A stretch of DNA of 64,000 nt from assembly GCA_030324005.1 (NCBI GenBank), contig JARDVH010000121.1, positions 10,776,295 through 10,840,294 of the forward strand, written 5' to 3'. This DNA comes from Negaprion brevirostris. Lineage: Eukaryota. Under the pieces are notes generated by a model. It had not been told where the DNA came from and did not search any database. It was given only the letters and a program-made list of their open reading frames with translations. This document shows positions 44,801 to 59,800 of this stretch, one piece after another; within the stretch, counting starts at the first letter, position 1; every line of letters begins with the position of its first letter. Made by a program: the position numbers and the translations under genes.

Positions 44801-47800
44801 TTCGCTTTTGTTTTTATAGACTTCTCTTCCGATCATTTCCTGTAATCACATTCACATCCATGGAACACTAAATTTTTTCAGCCACTCTCCTTGACCACCC
44901 ACAGGAGAAATCCCCGGCAGTGCTGCGCATGAAATTCCTGCAACAAGGAATGTTTAACTGCCACTCCTTGTCTTTCAGGCATGACTTAGCAAGAGCCAAA
45001 ATATCAAACACTGAAGTCCCAGTCAGTCCTTTCTGTTCATCTGGCTGACTCCTAAAGTAAAAGCTAAATTTTGTGGATGCTGAAATTCTTAAATAAAATA
45101 ACAAATATTGGAAAAACTCAGTACATACTACAGCATCTGAAGGGAGAGAAACTAAGTTGTTTCCAGAGCCTATATGTATTCTTTTCAGAGCCAGGAAACT
45201 GACAAATGTGACAGATTTTATGTTTTTGAGGAAACAGAAGAGCAAAATAGAAGGTCAGGGATAAATGATACTTAAGGGGACATTTACCATTATGTCATTC
45301 TACACAATATAAAGTGCATGTCAACAGTAGCATCAAGGACTAAATAAGGTGTGTTTTTTTTTTCAGTTCAAACATGTGGTAGCTGCTGCCTAGACGAGCA
45401 TTTATTCTCTACCAACAATAATCTTTTGAGAAACTGGTGGTACATTCTTGAGTTATAGGTACACCCACAGTGCTGTTAATGACAAAGTTCAGGGATTTTG
45501 ACTCAGCAATAGCAAAGGAATGGTGATATATTTGCAAGTCAGAATGGTGACCATTGGAGGAACTTCCAAGTGGTGATGTTCACAAGCATCTCCTGCCTTG
45601 TCCTTCTAAGTGGTAGTAGTCTTGGGCTTGAAAGTTGCTCCCTAGAGATCGCTGGTGAATTCCTGCAGTGCATTTTATAAATGGTACACAAGGCTGCCAC
45701 TGTTCATCACTGGTGGAGAGAATGAATGTTTGTTCAAAGTTTATCAGTCAAGCGAGGCTGCTTTGCAATAGATGGTATTTGAGCTTCTTGACTGCCGTTG
45801 AAACTGCACTCATCCAGACGAATGTAGAGTAATTAAGACCTCTATTATTGGAAATGGTCAGTGCCTGGCAATTCTGTAGCATGAATGGCACTTGCCATTT
45901 GTCTGTCCCAGCCTGGATATTGTACAGGTATTGCTGAAGTTTGACATGGGCTGCTGTAGTGTATAAGGAGTCATCAATAGTGCTGTATGTTGTCCAATTA
46001 TCAGCGCAAATTCTATCTTTTGACCTTATCGTGGAAGAAATGTCATAGGTAGAGCTGCTAAAGATAGTTGGAAATAGGACTCCACCCTCAACACATCATT
46101 CGATGACGTCCTGGGGCTAAGATGATTGACTACCAATCACTACAAATATTTTCCTTTAAGCCAGTTATGATTCCATCTAATGGAGAAATTTCCCCCGATT
46201 CTCATTCGCTCCAGTCTTGCTAGGGTGTTTTGATGTCATACACAGTCAGGTGCTGCCTTATTGTCAAGGGCAGTCGCTCTTCCCTCATCTCTGGCATTCA
46301 ANNNNNNNNNNNNNNNNNNNNNNNNNNNNNNNNNNNNNNNNNNNNNNNNNNNNNNNNNNNNNNNNNNNNNNNNNNNNNNNNNNNNNNNNNNNNNNNNNNN
46401 NNNNNNNNNNNNNNNNNNNNNNNNNNNNNNNNNNNNNNNNNNNNNNNNNNNNNNNNNNNNNNNNNNNNNNNNNNNNNNNNNNNNNNNNNNNNNNNNNNNN
46501 NNNNNNNNNNNNNNNNNNNNNNNNNNNNNNNNNNNNNNNNNNNNNNNNNNNNNNNNNNNNNNNNNNNNNNNNNNNNNNNNNNNNNNNNNNNNNNNNNNNN
46601 NNNNNNNNNNNNNNNNNNNNNNNNNNNNNNNNNNNNNNNNNNNNNNNNNNNNNNNNNNNNNNNNNNNNNNNNNNNNNNNNNNNNNNNNNNNNNNNNNNNN
46701 NNNNNNNNNNNNNNNNNNNNNNNNNNNNNNNNNNNNNNNNNNNNNNATTGAATGGCGGGGCAGGCTCGAGGGGCTAGATGGCCTGCTCCTGCTCCTATTT
46801 CTTATGTTCTTATGTTCTTATGGCGCCTCTTCATCCAATGATGTTGTTTAACGGTCCACCAGCATTCGTAGCTGGGTGTGGCAGGACAGCAGAGCTTCCA
46901 TCTGATCAATTCGTTGTGGGATTGCATTGCTCTGTCTATTACTTGCTACTTCTGCTGGTTGACAGGCAAGTGGTCCTGTTGTAGATTTACCATATTCACA
47001 CCACATTTTTAGATGTGCCTGGTCTTGGTACTGGCATGATCTCCTGCACTTGATTGAATCAGGATTTCTGCTCTGTCTTGGTGGTAACGGTAGAGTGTGA
47101 GATATGTCGAGCCATCATGTTACAGATTTTGGGCGGACACAAATCGGCTGCTGCTGCTAAGCACTAGCAAATAACTTCTCCAGCATAACTGTGTCAGACA
47201 TTTTGAAGTCAACAAACCCATTCTCTTGTTCTCCTAACTGCCCCAAAAGCAACCACTGTGCACCAAGAATGTAAAGGCATCTCTCCCGCATCATGTGCCC
47301 CCCATATGTTCACTATTTCAATCATCCTCTTACTGATCGCTCGAGTCTTTGTCAATGACAGTTATTCGGAGGTCACGAACTTTGATGTCTCGTGTTCCAA
47401 TTTCTATACTGGCTCACTATACTCTATTTCTCTAACTGATTTGCTTCTGCTGCATTGCTGTTTGTGTTCTCATGGACCACATTCCCTAAGTGTTGGCACA
47501 AGTCCTTCAGGAGCTCGTGGAAATGTTCACTAACACCAATGCACTTGCACTAAACAGGAAACGTACAATTGTGGTTTCACATCTCCGGCTATAGTTGCCT
47601 ATTTCTGTTCCCCTCATCACAGGATCCCTTATGACTGCTGTGCTTGCATCCAATCCGACGCCCACCACACTTACAGCTGAGCCAATCACGCTACAGTGGC
47701 CGTAGTTGTGCCAACACTGTTCACAGGAATACTCCCGTTCAGTAGTATTAGGAAGTGAAAACTTGTTGAAAAGTGGCATACAGCCATCAGACAAGGTCCC

Positions 47801-50800
47801 AATATGCCTAGCCAAGATTGTTCCTTCCCATGTCAATTATTCTGCTGTTTTAAGCATGTGTTACTGACGTTCAGTGAGCAGAAAAAGAACATGTCTGCTC
47901 AAAATCTCTCAACTCGCACCAATGTAGTTATTGTAGAAGGATTGGAATGAGGCACTCACTGTGTGCTAAAATGGGCGGCGCGGGCTTGTAGGGCCGAAGA
48001 GCCTGTTTCCTGTGCTGTGTTGTTCTTTGTTGCTTGTTCTTTGTTCTTTACACCGCATTGCAAGGTGGAACAACCGGAGCACAAGCTACTCTACACAGAT
48101 GTTCTAGCTGGAACATTCCCTGAGCATGTTTTCAGCCTAGCAATGAGTAGTGTTGTCAAGTTGAGTTCTAAAGATGTAAACGTTGTTTGTAAAGGTGAAA
48201 AGAATGTTTTTAAATAACGTAAAGTAAGAAGGAGAACAACAGTGCATGGTCCCTTTAAAAGCTGCTTTGGTGCTCAATGCTGAGTTGTTTAAAATGCAGA
48301 CTTACAGAGTACACAGATAGCAACATTTGTTGCAGAGATCAAAGCATCAGGATTGCCTTGGTAACAGGCTCTGCAGTTTTTTGCATTTTGTTAGCCAATG
48401 AGTCTAAAAAATACACTCAGCTAAAGGGAACATATCAGAAATGAATTTGCTGTTGTTGCCAGCATCAAACCAATCCTCTCTGTTGCTGAAGTTGCCCTAC
48501 GAAGCTTTCTTTCCAGCTTCAACGCTTCTGTCATGGGGTTCTGTCTCAATCCAATGCTGTCAATGACAATCCTACCAGTGGAATCCATAGAATGCCTATA
48601 GTGCAGGAGGAGGGCATTCAGACCATTGAGCCTGAACCAGCAGCAATCACACCCAGGCTTAATCCCTGTAACGCCACATAATTACTCTGCTAATTCCCGT
48701 GACGCTAAGGGGCAATTTATCATGACCAACTAACATAACCCTAAGTGTGAGCAGAAACCAGAGGAACTCACACAGAAATGGGGAGAACGTACAAACGCCA
48801 CACAGACAGCCACTAGAGGCCCGAATTGAACACAGTCCCTGGTACCATGAAGCAGTAGTGTTAATCACTTTGTCACCATGCCGCCAAACTTTGCAAATAG
48901 TTGTATGTTTCCCTCCAACCCCCTGCTCACCATACGCATTCCATTGGACTCCAACATCTATGTCTCTCTCTCTCTTCATTCCTCACTCGACCAATATAAA
49001 ATATCAGAACACTGCCCCTTTCCCTCCTTGCCCCTTACTCGCTTAATTTCCTGAGTTCAATACATGATTGAAACAACACTGTGTCGAACTGGATCCCTGC
49101 TAATCTAATAGCCAGCTCTTTAATCAGATTTGACGACGTTTATCTGGATTCGTAATGTCTCTCGATTGCTCCGGAAGTTACATAAACCCTGTTGTCTCAA
49201 ACTTACTTTGCTAACAATGGAAGCAGTATAATTACCTTACACGTCTCGAAGTGACAGGATCGTGAATCCAACGTCTGGATGTTCTGGTGTCGCTATGACC
49301 AAAAAGTCATTGCTTCCCTGCTCCAAAAGAAAAAATAAGCACCAATAAAAAATTAAGTGAGAAGTCTAATTGGAACTGAAGAAACATGGAAATGAACATT
49401 TGCCTTTGATGTAACACTTCAGTTCACTGGGATATCTCAGCCACATGATTTCAATGTTGCGATAACTTCCTCCTTTTTGATAGGGTAGCATCGCAGTTGT
49501 GTCACTGGCCTAGTGACACGGGCATTGGAGTTTTCATCCGACAGCTATTGCAAGGCTTTATAAATTCAATGAAATTAACTTGGGATCTGTTTTGTCAACA
49601 GTGACACACAGATCCTAAACCCGCTTCCATCTGCAATGATCAGGTTGTAGATCCAAGTCAAACGCCAGAGCACTGAGTAAATAAATACAGGTTGTTGTGA
49701 AAGAGCAACAGTGAGGGATTATTGTACTTCCTGAAATCTCAAATGAAATGTTACACCAAACCCCTGCTCTCTCTCCATTGCACGCAGAAAGGCTTATGAA
49801 TATTCGCAGAATTATCTGTCATTAGGCTAATGTCAGTTCTAGACACTAAGGAATCGCTGCACTTGACATTCTAGAAAAAAATAAGAATCATATAAACGTC
49901 GAGAGGAGAGAAATGCAACAGAAACTATGTGCTGAGGTCGTCATTCTTCACCCCATGTTCATTGACTCCTCTGGAAATGAAATTATTTCCCTGCTGCGAA
50001 ACTTTCCTTTCTATTTCAAAAAACTCTGATTGTGATTCTTTTAGAACAAAGAATTCTGAAAAAGGACAAAGGTAAGTGAAAAAAAATCTAACTGAGGGCA
50101 TCACTCGACAGGCCAGAAAAGGAAAATGCTTATTGGACAAATATGCAAGACTGATGTTCCATTATAACAGGCAGCTAGCTTGCAAAAACATGGGCGGGTT
50201 GTTTAACGGTTGGATGATACGCGGCTTGTACTGCCATTCTGATTGATACATACAGGTTGGCTAGCATTTATTGACTGTCCCTAACCGTCGGTATTTGCCC
50301 ATGTGTCATCCACATATTGGTGTGAGCTTGGGGTCACAATGTAGGCCGAACTGTGAAAGTGGGGCAGATTTCCTTCCTGTCGAGGACATTAGTGACCCAT
50401 GTGAGCATTTTCTAAAATTGTCAATGGATTTAAATTTTTAATTCAAGATTTCTATGGAACTCGAATATAGATTTCAGCCGACCCTCAGATTTTGCTCTGA
50501 ATTTCTGGATTACTCGTCTATTGGTTATACCACTGAGCGACCACCTTCCCACCTGTACAGTTATATATTCCTCCGCTGTTCGGTGGCGACGTTATTTCCT
50601 GTGAACCAGTCGACAGCAGATTATTTCTCACTGCAACATTTTGAGTTCAGGGTCTATGTTAAATTTCGTAGCATTGTAATTATACTGAGATGAAATTTTG
50701 GATATGTCATGAATGGGACCAGGCATCGTGTTTCCTTGTGTACTCACCGCGGGATACTAAAGTTCTCCTGGAACTGTGTCTACCAATAACAGCAGACTTG

Positions 50801-53800
50801 TCACGCATGCTTTCCGCAATGTTTGTCGTTCTTGCACAGCAAGATAGAGATGTTGCTATGTACCACTTGCTTATTATTTTCTAGAGGGTACCTATGGGGG
50901 AGGGAGACAGCGACAAATTTGTGTGGTGGCAATAGATTTCACAGGAAAGCAATGGCCAGACTTGGAAAACATGTCATTATACGTGGCACGGAGTGAGATG
51001 CTGATATATGCTTTCCAAATACAACGCTACGTTTCACCGTTCTATTGTTTTTTTTTTCAATTTCCAATTGCTACAGTTCCGAAATGTTATTGCGCTAGTG
51101 GACAGGATTCTAAAGCCTAATTCTGAGTCTGATTAACTGAAAAATTATTCTTTTTTTTCTTTGCATACGGGAGTGGATTTCACATTAGAATGCCAAATCG
51201 AATTTGGCACAGAAGTGAGGCACCCACTGTTTGTTTCATTGGAGCATACAATCAATTGGCCGCGATTTGAACCCAGCTCTTAAACGACCACGATTTTCGG
51301 ACCATTCTAATCTGAAATCAATGACGTCAAGTTGTCTTTCACCTTTTTTGTGTTGTCTTTCAAGTTGTCTTTCACCATTATTTTGTGCTACCTTGCAACA
51401 TAGCTGAAGCCACGTTAGTTTCTACTCTTCCAATGTCCATTTTTGATCAGGTGACTATCTGGGAAAACTAACGGCAAATCACCCATGTGGAGTCATCTCG
51501 AAAGGAACAGGGCTTCTTATTGCACAGGATAAAGTAAAACAAAAAATGACAAGCCTGTGGTGAATACAACTGATCCCAACCTGGACAAAATAAATAATTG
51601 ATGCACTTGTGGGTCTACTTTATACAGGGCTTAATATACGTGCTACACCTGGAGCTCGTATTCAACGAGCCCTATGGGGAGATTAATCAATGATGCCCCA
51701 TGCATTTAAAAGAGGTAGTCACAATTTTAAATTAAGTTATATGAAAAGGGGGATAAAACAAAGTGAAACATAATTTGAAGAGCTTTTCAATATGTAACAA
51801 ATTCTTTTCTAGAATTGTTCTCTGCAACCTCAATCATTATTGAGGAAANNNNNNNNNNNNNNNNNNNNNNNNNNNNNNNNNNNNNNNNNNNNNNNNNNNN
51901 NNNNNNNNNNNNNNNNNNNNNNNNNNNNNNNNNNNNNNNNNNNNNNNNACCATACCGCTTCACCACTCATCCTCCGTTCTCATCAGCCCTGCAAAGCGTC
52001 ATGATTGGGCTTCATTGGAGCTAACATGTGGAAATCAGATGTAGGATGAAATCAAGTTTGTAGTTGGCAGGGTCTTCAACAGCTGGCAACAATACCTAGG
52101 GAGAGTCGAGAACTGAGGCAAAAAATGCCGAATGGAGATTTATGACACGGACGATCTTCGTGACGTCGGCCCACGTTATGGAGCATCAAGTTTACTTCCT
52201 TAGTAATGATGTAAGTGGAAGTTGATCTCGGAATCAAACGTATCACGAAGTTGGTGAACAAACCTGATTTCATCTCAAACTGTTTCCAGGTGAAGGCACA
52301 TAATTTCAGGTCGGCGACTAAAAACAATATCATAGTCAATTTTCAACTGGGCCCATTCATCCTTCGTAGTGAGAAGTTATTTCCATTCATTCTGTACAGC
52401 GTGTCAAAGAAGAATTCGGGTGCTTGAGTAATCACGGACGAATCGAGAAAAAAATGGTATTGGGTTAGGATGAAACATTTTTTACCATTAACGTAATTCT
52501 TATGAGTCGTTTGTAGATATTTTTAAAAAGATGGGTCTCATGGATAGAGTTACAAGAGGCAATGGTGGACGAGCAGGAATCCAAGCCTTTTGCATGATCC
52601 CATGCAGGGTATTTCATCAGTAAGAACGGGTGCAATTGAGAACAATTAAACACAGGAGGGCAACCGTGGAGAGATGTTGAAATAGGATGCAGCAGTCAAC
52701 CATGAAAATTCATGGAGATCGGAGGAAAGGGAAAATAAGGGAATGGTTTGTTTTGCCACACATATCTATGTATGCATTATGTAAGTATGTACGTATGTAT
52801 TTCTCTCTTTATCTCTCTGTTTATCTATCTATCTGTCTATTCATCTATCTATCTACTTATTTCATTCTCTCTCGCTTTTTTGTCTATCTATCTGTTTCCT
52901 AGCTGTCTGACTGTCTGTCTTTCCAGCGCTTATTCTATCCATCTCTCTATCTCTTTCTCTGCCTCTCTCTCCATTATTCTATTTAATTATTATTTTCTGT
53001 TTTAGTCATAGGAAAACTAAAAGAGAGTATCGCTGAATTGGGTGAGGAAAATAAGTCCTTTAAGCGATTATTTGGAACAAGTCGAAATAGAGTAGCGTTG
53101 TTTTGTTGTCGTTGTTGTTATTCACAGTACTACGCGATGACGGATAAATAAGTATTTCAACATTGAGTGTGATTCCGTTTGTTTTACAAGCCAAACTGAC
53201 ACGCAATTGCAATGCAGACTTAACGAACACATAACTGGGGAAAGGTACCACACTATATTGGCCGAAATGAAATGCCATCATGATTTCGAAGATAGTTTTT
53301 GTGAATAACTTTATTTATCTGATTTATGCTCCCTCCAGAACAAAAATTTGAGAACAGAGACAGAGGTGAGGATGGGACTTGGTTTAATGGATGTCGGAAA
53401 TGGGAACTATCATTTTTTGTCCTCCACGAATCTTCTTTTTAGCCACATCGAATGTAACATTGGACGTTGGCCTTAGCAGGAAGTGANNNNNNNNNNTTCA
53501 AGTCCCTGTTTTCACAAGTCTCAAATTATTCTGCGTGTTAAAGGTGGACAGGTACCTGACTTGGCAAGCAACTCTTCAGTCGGGTATTTTAAACAACATG
53601 TTTTTTTTATATTTCACATTAATTACCATGTGTACATCACTCATTTGTCACAGAAATTGTTTTTTTTAATGTTCCCAAGGCATATCTTCCTTCCAAGTTT
53701 TCTCCTTCCTTCCTTCCTTCCTTCCTGCCTTCCTTCCTTCCTTTCTTCCTTCCTTTCTGCCTTTCTTCCTTCATTCTTTCCTTCCAGTCCTCCTTCCTTC

Positions 53801-56800
53801 CTGCATTCCTTCCTTCTTTCTGTCATTTTTCAGTGATACTCCTCTGCACTTCTGCAATCCATTCACTATTCCTTCTTTATCGTTCTTCCTCTCTCTTTTT
53901 GCCTTATTTTTCTTTTACTCCTTCAAGTTATGACGTGCTAACATAACTGTTTTCTTTTATTGTAGAAATATCAAACCTGAAAGCAAGTCTGCAAGACGCA
54001 GGTCAATGGAACCATTTTTGACTGTCTTTAATCTCAAAGGCACAGTAGCCGCTTACTGTAATGGATAGACATGATGCTTCAAATGCCTCACTTATAAGGA
54101 TGGCATGAACAGTCAAGTCTTGTATTCCCTTCGTATGGACAATTAAGAGGCGAGCTAATTGAGACCCACTATAAATCGATAATGTCATCTCTCATGGAGA
54201 GAAACTGCAGAGAACTGCAACACAAAGGGACTTGGGGTACTTGTACAGGAAACAGACAAAACGATCATGCAGGTGCAACAGTAATCAGGAATGCGACTGG
54301 AATGTTAGCCCTTTGTCCCAAAGCTATTGGAGTTTAAGAGTAGGAAAGTCCTGCTGTAACTTTACAATTTACTGGCTGGATTACACTATGAGTTGTTTTG
54401 TTCCCCATTTTTAAGGACAAATATTAATTCATCAGAGACAGTTTAGCACATGTTCACAGGAATGATCATTGGAATGGACGGATAGCTTACACTGAAATGT
54501 TAAACAGGTTGGGGTCCATTTATTGGATTTTTACAAGAATGTGCGGCGATCTCGCTGAAACAAATGGGATTTTTAAGAGGCTTGAAAGGGCAAATGCTGA
54601 CAGGATGTTCCTCCTTACGGGAGAGTCTAGGAAAGGGAGGAGAGTCTCAGAATAGAGAATCAGAATGAGCTGAGAAGGAATTTCTTCTCTCACAGGTCTC
54701 TGAGTCTTTGGAAATCCTTGCCAGACAGAGTTGTAGCGAGTACAGTTTATTTTCTGTACATTTAAGTTTGGGACAGATAGATTTTTTAACAGTAATGGAT
54801 TCAAGTGTTACTGGGAAAGGGCAGGAAAATAGTCATGAGGAAAGTCGGATCAGCAATGGTTCTGTTGAATAGCAGAACAGACTCAAATTCCGAACGGCTT
54901 AATCCTGTTCCTATTTATTTTGACATTGTGAAATGCATACAATGGAATTTCGGTAGGTGATTTTAAGTCTCTGATATTGCAGGATAGCTTTCCAATAGCA
55001 AAGGAAGTGTGGTCGACAGGATATTTATTTCGGTGGAGCATGTTACTTATTAATAAAAAAAATGTCCTGAACAAAGCAGGTCCTTATGCACTCCAGTATA
55101 TTCCATTTGGGTACTAACTTGTCATTGCCTTGAATTGACCTAAACTTACTCCGGAAAATCTTGAAAGTCTAAAGATAACAACTTAAAGGGAAAAAGTCCC
55201 TATGCTGACACAGCATCGTACTAAAGGACGTGCAATATGTTTCCGAGTTAGAAAAATACTTCAGAAATATATTTACCACTGAAATACTCAACAAGTGTGA
55301 ATACCAGAAATTGAGTTCTGACCAATGATAATTGCTTGCAATGTTGGCACTTCTGGGGTGTAAATGCCACGACACGAAGGAGACTTCACATGAAATTCGA
55401 GTCAAGTTGTGGGACCCTTGGCGTCTCTCCCGAAACGGACATCGGGCCTTGTTTAATCTCTCACCTGAAAGACAGGACCTCGAACAATTAATAATTAACA
55501 TTAATAATTCCAATCTGGAATATTTTCTCAGGTATATGGAATGAGACACCAGAGCACAATCCTCTCACTCAGAGTCCGTCGTGGTCTCAACTTTGAGAAA
55601 GAAAAGCCATCGTTATTCTCACATATGCAAAATTCCAGTAGTTTATTGAAATGTTCCTTCCAACTGTTTGACCACGTTTCATCTTGGAAATTATTTGAAA
55701 TAAATTGTGATTTTTTTTCATAATCAGTTTGTGCCGTGATGAAGTCCTTGAAGGCAGAGGACATTTAAAGTCGGAACTAGAGGTTGCGTAGCATTCCTGG
55801 TTGGAATTGAATTGCACATTCCGTTTTCAAAAAAAAATCTTAATTTTCCATCCTTTTCCAGAAGAAGAAATTAGTAGGAAAGACAAAGGTAAAGATCAGC
55901 CAACTGCGATGTGGGACATGAGTGGGAAATTGTGTCGATATCAGTTCTCGAACTCGCAAATATTAATCCCATTGACGATCATGGAGTTGAATATCAGTAC
56001 GTGTAGAGAATGGGAAATAGTAGTGATGTCGCCTGTTTTGCCTCCACATTGAAAATTGATTTTAAGTTAATGGAGAACCGTTGAATCATAATTTCGATTG
56101 CATTGTTGAGTTCTTTCCTGCAATGTTATTAGGACGGCAATGATCCTTTTTCATTCATTTGTACGAGTTAGGCGTCAGTGGTTTGCCAGCATTTATTAGC
56201 AATACCTAACTCACTTCAACTAAGTGACTTGCACTCACAGAGCATTTCAGAAAACAGCTGAGAGTCAAACGCATTGCTATGGCTCCGGAGTCAAATATAG
56301 GGTAAGGACGGCAGATTTCCCTTCCTAAAGGACGTTAGTAAATCAAATGAGTTTTTGCGCCAATCGGTAGTAGTTTCATGGTCATCGGCGCATTCTTAAT
56401 TCCACATTTTTTTATTGAATTCAAATTGCGCCACCGGCCGTGGCGGGATTCGTACTCTGGGCCACAGATCATTAGCTGAGCTTTTGGATTGATAGTCCAG
56501 CGATAATAAGACTAGGTTATTACCTTCACATATAGTGGCAGTGAATAGTCGGAGAAAGCTGCTCATGAAAACCCCGACCCATTTACCCCTGAAAGTAGCC
56601 CCCTGCCTACTACAGTTGTTCTGTTTCTGCATTTAGATTTACTCATTCCTGAAAGAACCAGCAGCCTTCCCATACACTAATAATTGAGTAAACTGGAATA
56701 CAATCGACATCTTCGCTGCTAAAAATAGACTGAATTACCTATGGCCCTTCATTCGATGTAGCCACATCGAACCAATTAGTAGATATTCCGACGAATGTGA

Positions 56801-59800
56801 ACTTTCCTTCGTTCCTCGCGCACGATATGACACATGGAGTTCAATAGAAGTGAGTGACAGACGCGGGATGTAACAAAGCTTAAAGAAGATCCAAACTACG
56901 GCCTCATTTGCAAGTGGAGACAACAGTGAGGGTGGGGTGGGGGGGGGGCTCGTGTGAGGGGACCTCTACAGGCGGAACGTGCGAAAATTGTTGGAGTTGC
57001 TTTCCGATGTATGGTACAATATTAATTTAAATTGGCCAAGGAAAGCAACGTCTGATGCGGATTATTAAGGGGTGATTCACGATCAAGTGATCACTTTCTA
57101 TGCTGCACTGACAATGCATTCCATCTCCTGCCTCTATATANNNNNNNNNNNNNNNNNNNNNNNNNNNNNNNNNNNNNNNNNNNNNNNNNNNNNNNNNNNN
57201 NNNNNNNNNNNNNNNNNNNNNNNNNNNNNNNNNNNNNNNNNNNNNNNNNNNNNNNNNNNNNNNNNNNNNNNNNNNNNNNNNNNNNNNNNNNNNNNNNNNN
57301 NNNNNNNNNNNNNNNNNNNNNNNNNNNNNNNNNNNNNNNNNNNNNNNNNNNNNNNNATCTCACGAGAATTGGTGGTGTGGTAAATAGCGAGGTGGAAAAC
57401 CTTAGATGGCATGCTAATATAGACGAGTTGAACAACAGGTCAGAACATTGGTCGATGCAGATTAACCCTGACGAACCTGTGATGATGCATTTTGGGAGGA
57501 GCAATAAGACAACGGAATACATAATGAAAGACAGGATGTTGGGAAGTGCAGAGATGCAGAAGATTGCATGTCCAATGACCCCTGAAGACAGCAGGGCATA
57601 AGGATTAGGTGATTAAGAAGGCATATAGGATAATTTCCTTCATCAGCCAAGGCATGAATTTTAAGAGTAGGGAGTTTACGATGCAGCTGTATAAAATAGT
57701 TGTGACGCGCGGCTTAGCAGTAGGTGGCCAGTTTTTTTTTGTACAATATACAAAAACACAAGCATTGAAGCAAGAGGAGTCCACCAGACCTTCAAGCCTG
57801 CCCTGACATTCAATACGACCTTGACTGATCTATGCTGGTCTCAGTTTATTTTCTACCCGACTTCCCCAACGCCCTCCGTTCCTTGATCTATCAAACATTC
57901 ATCTACCTCCATTTTAAATACTTCAAATGTTCGAGCCTCCAATATCCTTCGGAGCAGTGACTTACCAGCCTCTACGTGAAGAAATGTATATGTATCCCAG
58001 TTTTAAATGGCCAGCCCATTATCTTGTAGCTGCCCCCTTGTTCAAGACTCTCTTACTAGTGAAACCATATCATCATATATCTTGCAAAAACCCCTCATAT
58101 GTTTGGCTAAGATCACCTCTCACGCTGCAAAACTCCAAGGAATACAAGCCCACACACTTCAGTCTCTCTTCATAATACTCTTCGTCTAGATTGCTATGAG
58201 GAATATGAACTCACTGCGTGACAGTAGCAGACAGAGAACCAATCAAATTGTTGAAAAGGTGTATGGATTGTGAAGAGCGCAGATGAGATTTACAAGAATA
58301 GGTCCAAGGATGAGAAACTTCAGCCCTGAAGATAAATTATAAGGGATGGCACTGTTCTCTTGGAGACAAGGAGGCCAGGAGCAGACTTGTTAGAGAAGTT
58401 CAAATTCATGAGGGAATTGGACAGAAAAGATGGCGGAAAATCCTTCCAAGTCACAAAATGATAAAGAACGAGAAGGACACAATTAACGTGATTTGCAAAA
58501 AAAAGCAATGTGAGACAAATACTTCTATACGCAATGAATGGCTTAGACCTGCAATGCCCTTCTTTGCAAGAATGGTGGAGATAGCTTTAATTGAGGAATT
58601 CAAGAGCGCAATAGGTGATTATTTAAAGAGAAAAAATGTGCAGGGGTGCCAGAAAAAGGCAAGGACATTAAGTCATTGCGCTTATTTGGCTAGCTGGTGT
58701 GGACATGATGTGAAAACTGTATTTCTTCTGCGGCACAGTAATTCTGTGGTTCAATGGTATGCAGCTGATGTACAGCTACAGACCACATTCTGGAAAGTGA
58801 GGTTAGGTTGTGTTTTACAAATGGCGAAGACACAACCAGCTAAGTGGTCTCATTCTATGCTTTCTATGATGTGAAAAAACGCAATACCCTAAATGACCAA
58901 CTATTGTCTCATCTCAGAGCGCAGCCAAACAAATGCTTTTGAAGGTTGGTCAGTATTGCAATAGTCAATAGCACACAGCTTCATTGCAAAGGCACGAATG
59001 ACAGAAGTGTCAAAAAATCAATTGGTTTCTTTCATGATAATATCTGTGCAATAGACATTGTCCCAGGACACCGGTCTGTCGCCTTGCTTTGCTTTCAATT
59101 TTTGGCTGTGGAACTTCCGCATCCAGCTGAGACAGAAACTTAAGTTTGTCTCTTATCTTGCTCCAGAAGGAGTACAGCTAAGGTTCTCGACGTTGATACC
59201 TGTGACAGCATGAGAGACTGAGCCAGTTCAGTTTGGATTCATTGGAGTTGAAAGAAGTGGGAGGCGTCTCATAGAAATGTACAAATTTCGAACAGGGTTA
59301 GACAGGGTAGATTCAGAAAGGATGCTCCCGATGGTGGGGGAGTCCGGAGTAGCGGTCACAGCTTGAGAATGAGGGGATAAACCTTTTAGAACTGAGGTGA
59401 GGAGAAAGTTGTTCACCTAGAGAATCGTGAATGTGTGGAAATTAGCAGCACGGAAAGTAGGTGAGGCCAAAATATTGTGTGATGTCAATAAGAAATTACA
59501 ATATATAGCTCTCGGGGCTAGATGAATCAAGGGATATTGGAGGGGGCGGGGGAGCCAAGATATTGAATTTGATGATCAGCCATGATCATAATGAACGTTG
59601 GAACAAGATCGGTGGGCCCAACGGCCTCCTACTGTTTCCAGTTTCTACGTTTCCAGCAAAAGAAAGACACGATCATTCATTCAATACTCAGTCACCAATG
59701 AGTGTTCAAACTTTAGTATGTATGTGCATGCCTGGCATGGTGTTCGGGCCTGTTCTGTTCAGAGGACAATCCACTTCAGCATTATTTATATTTAATTTTC

